A DNA stretch of 64,000 bases from Spirochaetia bacterium (lineage in GTDB: Bacteria > Spirochaetota > Spirochaetia > CADAEX01). The notes beneath the pieces were generated by a model. The model made no database searches, had not been told where the DNA came from, and was given only the letters and a program-made list of their open reading frames with translations. Shown piece by piece: positions 57,705 through 64,000 of the stretch. Numbering within the stretch: the stretch's first letter is position 1; every line of letters starts with the position of its first letter. The position numbers and the translations under genes were made by a program. The stretch lies in NCBI GenBank assembly GCA_963662795.1, contig OY759746.1:3520001-3584000 (forward strand). The letters run 5' to 3'.

Positions 57705-59366
57705 TTGGAAAAAATTTCAACTTTAGACAAAAACAGAAGACATTACAATCCAAAACTACCGGATTGTCTAAAAGGGAATATTTCAGCTGTATCCTGCAAA
57801 GAAATGACTACGGATAAGGAACTTCCTGACAGCAGTGAACTTAAAAAGATTCTGCCGAATACTTTTGGTAAACAATATGTTCAGTTTGCAGCCGAAGGGG
57901 GAAATTGTTCAAAAAAACCTCTTAAAGCAGGTGTTGTCCTTTCAGGAGGACAGGCGCCCGGCGGACATAATGTTATAGCAGGGTTATTTGATTCACTTAA
58001 ACAAATCAGTGAAAAATCACAGCTTATAGGCTTTCTGGGCGGCCCGTCAGGCATTCTTGACAACAAGGCAATAGAGATAACAAAAGAACTGATTGATAAC
58101 TATAGAAATACAGGCGGATTTGATCTTATCGGGTCGGGAAGGACTAAAATTGAAACGCCGGAACAATTTGAAAAATCTCTGCTGGTCTGTCAGGAAAGAA
58201 ATCTCGATGCACTTGTAATTATCGGCGGCGATGACTCAAATACAAACGCAGCTCTGCTTGCTGAGTTTTTTGAGGAAAAAAAGTGCAGCACATTGGTGAT
58301 CGGAGTACCAAAAACCATAGACGGCGACCTTAAATGCGAATATATAGAATCTTCATTCGGATTTGATACAGCGGTAAAAACCTATTCCGAGCTGATAGGG
58401 AATATAGCAAGAGACTCCAAATCTGCAGGAAAATACTGGCATTTTATCAAACTTATGGGAAGGGCCGCTTCACACATCGCTCTTGAGTGTGCACTCCAGA
58501 CACAGCCGAACTGGGCGATAATTTCTGAAGAGGTTGAAACCAATAGACAGTCACTTGAAAGTATAATAAGCGATTTGGCATATATAATTGTCAGAAGAAG
58601 CAAAAACGGGGAGAATTTCGGTGTCGTCCTGATTCCGGAAGGACTGATTGAATTTATTCCCGAGGTAGGCATGCTTATCAGGGAGATAAACAAACTTCTT
58701 GGTGATAATGAACAGTATTTCACATTAATAAAAGTACTGGAAAAACAGTCTGAATGGCTAAGTGAAAAACTTACTGCCGAATCCGCAAAAGTTTTCAACA
58801 GCCTGCCTAAAAATATCCAGCAGCAGCTATTAATGGACAGAGACCCCCACGGGAATGTGCAGGTTTCAAGAATTGATACAGAAAAACTAATAATTCTTAT
58901 GGTTGAAGAAAAATTAAAAGAGCTTAAATCAAGCGGTGAATACAACGGTAAATTCAGCAGTCAGAGCCATTTCTTCGGTTATGAAGGAAGATGCGCCTTT
59001 CCGTCAAATTTTGACGCTGACTACTGCTATTCTCTCGGTTTTGCCGCCACCATATTGATATCAGAAGGGCTTACAGGATATATGACTTCCATAACCGGCC
59101 TGTCGAAACCAGTTTCGCAGTGGGTTCCGGGAGGAGTGCCTATTTCAATGCTGATGAACATGGAAGAAAGAAAAGGGAAAATGAAACCTGTAATAAAAAA
59201 AGCCCTTGTTGATATAGAAGGGGTACCCTTCAGAACCTTTTCAGCCAGCAGGGATGATTGGGCGATGAATACTTCCTTTATCTATCCTGGAGCAATCCAG
59301 TACTTTGGTCCTGATGAAGTCTGTAATACTACAACAATCACATTGAATCTTGAAAAAGGGAATTAA
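57705..59366 (+). CDS. pfp: PPi-dependent phosphofructokinase (long clade)
   Basis: SGGQAPGGHN, GGDDSNT (PPi-type Asp), PKTIDGD, MGR and GYEGR. Confidence 0.96.
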   Translation: MEKISTLDKNRRHYNPKLPDCLKGNISAVSCKEMTTDKELPDSSELKKILPNTFGKQYVQFAAEGGNCSKKPLKAGVVLSGGQAPGGHNVIAGLFDSLKQISEKSQLIGFLGGPSGILDNKAIEITKELIDNYRNTGGFDLIGSGRTKIETPEQFEKSLLVCQERNLDALVIIGGDDSNTNAALLAEFFEEKKCSTLVIGVPKTIDGDLKCEYIESSFGFDTAVKTYSELIGNIARDSKSAGKYWHFIKLMGRAASHIALECALQTQPNWAIISEEVETNRQSLESIISDLAYIIVRRSKNGENFGVVLIPEGLIEFIPEVGMLIREINKLLGDNEQYFTLIKVLEKQSEWLSEKLTAESAKVFNSLPKNIQQQLLMDRDPHGNVQVSRIDTEKLIILMVEEKLKELKSSGEYNGKFSSQSHFFGYEGRCAFPSNFDADYCYSLGFAATILISEGLTGYMTSITGLSKPVSQWVPGGVPISMLMNMEERKGKMKPVIKKALVDIEGVPFRTFSASRDDWAMNTSFIYPGAIQYFGPDEVCNTTTITLNLEKGN

Positions 59367-59372
59367 AAAAAG

Positions 59373-59861
59373 ATGCCGTCAGGATACGTGAGACCGACAT
59401 GGGATGACTACTTTCTTGAAGTGGCAAACGCCATTTCAAAACGTGCAACTTGTGACAGGGGCAGGAGCGGCTGTGTAATAGCCCGTGACAGGAGAATTCT
59501 TGTTACCGGCTATGTCGGCTCTCCTGCCGGCCTGCCTCACTGCGATGAAGTTGGCCATAAATTCAAAAAAACCGTACATGAAGATGGACATGTGACTCAG
59601 CATTGTGTAAGAACTGTACACGCGGAACAAAATGCGATCTGTCAGGCCGCAAAATTTGGTATACCTATAGAAGGGTCAACTCTTTACTGCAGAATGACAC
59701 CATGTACAACCTGTGCCATGCTTATTATCAACTGCGGAATTATCCGGGTAGTTTGTGAAAAAAGATACCATTCTGCAGAAGATTCTGAAAAACTTTTTGA
59801 AGAAGCAGGCACAATACTTGAATATAAGAGCCGCGATGTTCAGGAATACGAAAATCAGTAA
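59373..59861 (+). CDS. dCMP/cytidine deaminase family protein
   Basis: RPTWDDYF, HAEQNA and PCTTC. Confidence 0.9.
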   Translation: MPSGYVRPTWDDYFLEVANAISKRATCDRGRSGCVIARDRRILVTGYVGSPAGLPHCDEVGHKFKKTVHEDGHVTQHCVRTVHAEQNAICQAAKFGIPIEGSTLYCRMTPCTTCAMLIINCGIIRVVCEKRYHSAEDSEKLFEEAGTILEYKSRDVQEYENQ

Positions 59862-59875
59862 ATATCACCAGAACA

Positions 59876-60178
59876 TTACTGATCAATAACAATACTTCTT
59901 TTCTCCGGATCCTCTGACATCCTGTAAAATATGGCAGTATTGCCGATAATTCTGACAAGACAACTCTTCGTTCTGTCTGATATCTCTTCCGAAATTGATT
60001 TTTTTTCATCTTTAAGATTGACAAATTTTATTTTGATAAGCTCTTTTTTGGCAAGAAGTTCATCAACAGCAGTAAGAACCTGTTCGGTCATGCCGTTTTT
60101 ACCAACCCATATTACAGGTTTAAGTGTGTTTGATATTTTTGAAAGATTGTATCTGTCTTTACTGGTAAGTTCTTTCAT
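59876..60178 (-). CDS. yhbY: CRM-domain RNA-binding protein YhbY
   Basis: LTSKDR..L, LKPVIWVGKNG, ELIKIK and IG.TAIFYR. Confidence 0.92.
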   Translation of the reverse strand: MKELTSKDRYNLSKISNTLKPVIWVGKNGMTEQVLTAVDELLAKKELIKIKFVNLKDEKKSISEEISDRTKSCLVRIIGNTAIFYRMSEDPEKRSIVIDQ

Positions 60179-60267
60179 CTGGAACCTTTTTTTTGTTTTA
60201 TTTTTGGAAAAACCCTTTATAATAATAGTTAAATATCAAGCAACTATCAATCTTAAAGCGGTACAAA

Positions 60268-61590
60268 ATGAACATTATAATCGGGCATACAAATATGGAC
60301 CTTGACTGCATTGCATCAATAGTAATTGCATCCCGGCTGTTCCCTGACTACAAACCGGTCCGGAGCAGACTTATTCATCCTGTTGCCAAAAATCTGTTTA
60401 ACATGATGAAGAAAAATCTCAATTTTTCAACAATCAGCGAAGTTGAAAATGAACCAATAGAAAACATCATTATTGTTGATACAAGGTCGCTTCAGCGAAT
60501 AAGGGAATTCACATCTCTGCTTGATAAAGCAACAGGAACTCTGACTGTCTATGATCACCACCCTTCTGACAGCGATGATATCCCCGGGGCAGTAATAAAT
60601 TATAAAAACTGCGGATCAAACACAACCCACCTTTGTTCACATTTAATGAACAGAAAAATAAAACTCTCCCCGGAAGAGGCAACTATAGCCTTATCAGGTC
60701 TTTTCGCAGATACCGGCAATTTCACACATGAGAACACAACAGAACTTGATTTCACAGCAGCATCTGATCTTTTAAGCCAGGGAGCATCTATTCCGCTTGT
60801 AAGGCATTTTTTAAAAAACCTGAAAGAAGAACACCAGATAAATATTTTTCACGAGCTTTTAAACAGGCTTATATACAGAAGCATTCATGGACATGATCTG
60901 ATCCTGAGTTATATGGAAATTGACGATCAGATACAGGGGCTATCTGCCGTCGTAGAAAAAATATTTGATGTAGAAAATCAGGATGCTTATTTTGCTGTTT
61001 TCTACCTGCCTAAAAAAAATAATACATTGATTATTGCCCGCAGCCAGAAGGAATCCATAGACCTCTCACATATCCTCTCTTTTTTTGGCGGCGGCGGACA
61101 TAAAATGGCTTCTTCCGCAACAATAAAGAATTCTGACGGGAATTCTATCTATAATGAACTGACAGCGCTCCTTGAAAAAACACTTATCTCTGCCAAAACT
61201 GCATCAGATTTGATGTCAAAAAATGTCAGGACAATAAATGAAAACATCAAACTTCTTGATGCTTCCATACTTCTTGAGGAAATAAACTGCACCGGTGCAC
61301 CAGTAATTGACGACAATGGAAGGTTGACAGGTTTTCTTACGCTAAGGGATATAATGAAAGGGAGAAAATCCCAGCAGATGCATGCCCCGGTAAAGGCATA
61401 TATGGCAAAAAATGTTGTTTCTGTTGACAGCTCATTTACGCTAAACGAGATACAGAAATTACTGTACAAGAAAAATATAGGGCATTTGCCTGTTATGGAT
61501 AACAATCAAATCAAGGGTATAATAACAAGAACAGATATTCTGCACCACCTTAATGCAGTAAGTCAGTTAAAATCAGCTGCGGTTGTTTGA
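60268..61590 (+). CDS. DHH/DHHA1 phosphoesterase with C-terminal CBS pair
   Basis: GHTNMDLD, VDT, DHH, DTGNF, GGGH..A.SA and two CBS repeats. Confidence 0.88.
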   Translation: MNIIIGHTNMDLDCIASIVIASRLFPDYKPVRSRLIHPVAKNLFNMMKKNLNFSTISEVENEPIENIIIVDTRSLQRIREFTSLLDKATGTLTVYDHHPSDSDDIPGAVINYKNCGSNTTHLCSHLMNRKIKLSPEEATIALSGLFADTGNFTHENTTELDFTAASDLLSQGASIPLVRHFLKNLKEEHQINIFHELLNRLIYRSIHGHDLILSYMEIDDQIQGLSAVVEKIFDVENQDAYFAVFYLPKKNNTLIIARSQKESIDLSHILSFFGGGGHKMASSATIKNSDGNSIYNELTALLEKTLISAKTASDLMSKNVRTINENIKLLDASILLEEINCTGAPVIDDNGRLTGFLTLRDIMKGRKSQQMHAPVKAYMAKNVVSVDSSFTLNEIQKLLYKKNIGHLPVMDNNQIKGIITRTDILHHLNAVSQLKSAAVV

Positions 61591-61600
61591 TTTTATTATA

Positions 61601-61632
61601 GCCGGCTTTGAGTTCGCTGAATAGAAACCGGC
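61601..61632. terminator. imperfect hairpin between convergent genes
   Basis: GCCGG...CCGGC inverted repeat with an inner TTC/GAA pairing; U-tracts are weak. Confidence 0.35.
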
Positions 61633-61648
61633 GATTAAACAGGATTTC

Positions 61649-62287
61649 TTATTTTTTTCTTCTGGAATTTACAAACCGCTGAAAATCGTTAATGTTTTTA
61701 ATTACCAGTTTATCATTTTGTATTTCAATCTTGCGCTGTGTGACAAAATGGTTTATCACCTGTTTACATTCAGAAGTTGAAAGTCCGCACCAGTGTGCAA
61801 GATCATCTACATTTGTATTAAGTACAATTTCATTCATTGATTTGGATTCTGCGGACTGGGTTTCTGAGAGCATCAGGAAAACATCAGCCACTTTTGCCTG
61901 CGGGTCTGGAAGGGTTAAAATCATGAACCTTCTTTTCTGGTCATAAATTCTTTTAATAAATGTCTGGAGAAGTTTCATGGCAATTTGCGGATTACCCCGG
62001 AGCAGAATTTCGAAATTCTTTTTATTAAACTCGAGCACTTCAACATGGTCTATTGCGATTGCACTTGCCGAGCGGGGAGCTTCCTCAAGGATCGCCATTT
62101 CACCGAATATTTCTCCGGGATGAAGGATGTCAACTATTTTCTCAATATCCCCCATAATCTTGACAATCTGGACCCTTCCGGACTGGATCAGATAAAATGA
62201 ATCGCCAGGCTCATATTCACAAAAAATCTGATCTCCTTTCTGAAAAGCTACCTTAAATCTGTCGAATTTTGATAAATCGATATTCAT
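61649..62287 (-). CDS. Crp/Fnr-family transcriptional regulator
   Basis: Canonical cNMP phosphate-binding cassette FGEMAILEEAPRSASA and a C-terminal HTH. Confidence 0.9.
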   Translation of the reverse strand: MNIDLSKFDRFKVAFQKGDQIFCEYEPGDSFYLIQSGRVQIVKIMGDIEKIVDILHPGEIFGEMAILEEAPRSASAIAIDHVEVLEFNKKNFEILLRGNPQIAMKLLQTFIKRIYDQKRRFMILTLPDPQAKVADVFLMLSETQSAESKSMNEIVLNTNVDDLAHWCGLSTSECKQVINHFVTQRKIEIQNDKLVIKNINDFQRFVNSRRKK

Positions 62288-63276
62288 TAATTTCCCCCGA
62301 GAGCTTTAAGCGCATTTTTAGCTTTCCGTTTTATTTCAGATCCGTCTTCACACATGGCTATTACTTTTTTATAAAATCCGGCAGCTTTCTGTTTGTCATT
62401 CTTTGCATTACAGGATAATCCCAGATAAAGGAGAAATTCCGGTAAATCAGGATGTTTGGGAAATTTCTGTATCATCCCGGTGAAGTGCTTTATACAGTCA
62501 TCATATTTTTTAAGGAGAAACAGCGATTTGCCTATCTCGTTTACAGCCCTGACCATAAATTCACCGTCAGGATTGTTTGATATATATTGTCTGAAATTAT
62601 TTATCGCATCTTCATATTTTTCCTGGCTGAAAAAACTTAGCCCGTCATAATATAACTTTGAATCTCTGCTGTCTTCTACCGGGGCAGAAGGTTTTTTAAC
62701 AGGCTGCGATTTCTGGGCTGAGGATGATGCAGGCGCTCCGCCTTGCGGATATTTTTCTATCTTGATCAGGTACTCTGTTGCCTGACCCTGATAGGAACCG
62801 GCAGGATAATATGTAAGATATCTGCGGAATGCATAAAGTGCAGGCTTGTATTTTTGATTTTTATAATAATATTCGCCGATGTTGAACAGGCCTGTTTCTG
62901 CATCTGCCTGTTCATCTATTGACATAAGACTTCTTACTTTTTTATGAAGTCTTCTAAGCTGATTTGAGAAAACCTTGAGCATCTGCATATTAATTCTTGG
63001 ATTTGTATATATAAGATTTTCAAATTCAGGAACAGTAAAAACCATAACTACAGAATCAGTCAATACATCTGCAGTTTCTTCCCTGGGATACCGGCCGAGA
63101 GAAGACTTTACTCCGAAAAATTCTCCGGTTTTTACCATTTCACGTATTTCCTGTCCATTTTCTATATCAATGCTTATCAGACTTACCTTTCCAGATTGAA
63201 GAATATATATTTTATCGCTGCTGTCACCTTCAAAGTAAATAATTGATTTGGCCTTGTATTTTACAACCTGAGGCAC
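62287..63276 (-). CDS. cNMP-binding domain + TPR (CpoB/BamD-like repeat) protein
   Basis: IYFEGD...YILQSGKV, FFGVKSSLGRYPREETA, then TPR pairs containing YP/HP motifs. GTG start. Confidence 0.85.
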   Translation of the reverse strand: MPQVVKYKAKSIIYFEGDSSDKIYILQSGKVSLISIDIENGQEIREMVKTGEFFGVKSSLGRYPREETADVLTDSVVMVFTVPEFENLIYTNPRINMQMLKVFSNQLRRLHKKVRSLMSIDEQADAETGLFNIGEYYYKNQKYKPALYAFRRYLTYYPAGSYQGQATEYLIKIEKYPQGGAPASSSAQKSQPVKKPSAPVEDSRDSKLYYDGLSFFSQEKYEDAINNFRQYISNNPDGEFMVRAVNEIGKSLFLLKKYDDCIKHFTGMIQKFPKHPDLPEFLLYLGLSCNAKNDKQKAAGFYKKVIAMCEDGSEIKRKAKNALKALGGN

Positions 63277-63370
63277 AATACTGCTCCTGTACCGATATTT
63301 AATTAAAAATAATTATATTTAAATTATCGGTAATATTTTTTTTAAAAACAATCAATATATTAAATAATAA

Positions 63371-63399
63371 TTGATGTTAAAATGCAAGTAAGATATAAT
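63371..63399 (+). promoter_or_regulatory. sigma70 promoter for the mlaE-like gene
   Basis: TTGATG-17nt-TATAAT. Confidence 0.55.
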
Positions 63400-63416
63400 T
63401 TCTTAATTAATAAGAT

Positions 63417-64000
63417 ATGTTAAAAAAAATCGGCGCAGATATAATAAACACTTTCCGGGAATTTTCATACGCCTCAGGCTTCTTTCTTTCAATAATAAAA
63501 GAATCATTTTTTTTCTTGCGGCAGAAACATGTCGGTTCAAGAGTGCTTGTAATGCAGATACTTTTTACCGGTTTTGAAGCTCTCAGTGTAATAAGCCTTC
63601 TCGGAATAGCACTTGGTGTTGTAATAATTGTGCAGGGTATTGACTTATTCTCCCAGTTCGGACAGGGAGACCTTATCTATCAAATACTTGTTACAGTTAT
63701 AACAAAAGAACTCGGGCCGCTTTTAACTGCATTTATAATTATAGCACGTTCAGGTACTGCGATATCAACTGAACTCGGCAATATGGTCGTATCACATGAA
63801 ATAGAAGCATACATTTCTGTAGGTATTGATCCGATATCCTATCTTGTGGTTCCCAGATTTCTTGGTGTTACAATTTCTTTAATACTTTTAAACCTTTATT
63901 TTAATTTTTCAGGTTTAATAGGGTCATTTTTTGTTTCCCAGTTTATTAAACAGGTCACATTTCTGGAATACTTCAGAAGTCTCCTTTTCGAATTAAAATT
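63417..64000 (+). CDS. MlaE-family ABC permease (partial, runs off the window end)
   Basis: Not in the ORF track. ATG at 63417 gives MLKKIG...QILFTG.EAL...KELGPLLTAFIIIARSGTAISTELGNMVVSHEIEAY...GIDPISYLVVPRF. Confidence 0.9.
   Translation, partial: MLKKIGADIINTFREFSYASGFFLSIIKESFFFLRQKHVGSRVLVMQILFTGFEALSVISLLGIALGVVIIVQGIDLFSQFGQGDLIYQILVTVITKELGPLLTAFIIIARSGTAISTELGNMVVSHEIEAYISVGIDPISYLVVPRFLGVTISLILLNLYFNFSGLIGSFFVSQFIKQVTFLEYFRSLLFELK

Noticed and set aside
63291-63331. CCGATA sigma28-like -10 boxes on both strands near the cNMP-TPR gene start
   Set aside because: No properly spaced -35 element for either box.
1-64000. CRISPR arrays, tRNA/rRNA genes, transposases, integrases, prophage or defence genes
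   Set aside because: Intergenic gaps are all under about 250 nt, and I saw no repeat-spacer pattern, cloverleaf or mobile-element motif.

Overview
AT-rich, gene-dense bacterial chromosome segment, most likely from a spirochaete. The TP0733-like beta-barrel, TP0136-like lipoprotein, TatT/TPAT transporter, spirochaete-type LptD and gene order all point that way. About 58 CDSs, mostly housekeeping: miaB, split purH, htrA, map, nusB, secG-tpiA-pgk-gap, ybeY/PgpH/phoH, uvrA, ispG, mutS2, rsgA, murI, rluD, yggS, ligA, manA, pfp. I saw no rRNA, tRNA, CRISPR array, prophage or IS element. The best candidate for an undescribed system is a tightly coupled six-gene operon at 45415-52013. It encodes a LoaP-type antiterminator (behind a structured 5' leader), a UDP-sugar 4,6-dehydratase, a DegT aminotransferase and a three-subunit xanthine-dehydrogenase-fold complex. 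The large subunit of that complex has lost the Moco-binding motifs and catalytic Glu, while both [2Fe-2S] ligand sets are intact. Other highlights: an LCP gene split by a -1 frameshift at an A11 tract, a sigma28-like promoter heading a degenerate RlpA-SPOR/ligA/TylF operon, back-to-back leaderless promoters, and a SAP-like motif in LptD. All family assignments come from motif recognition by eye; no database search was run.
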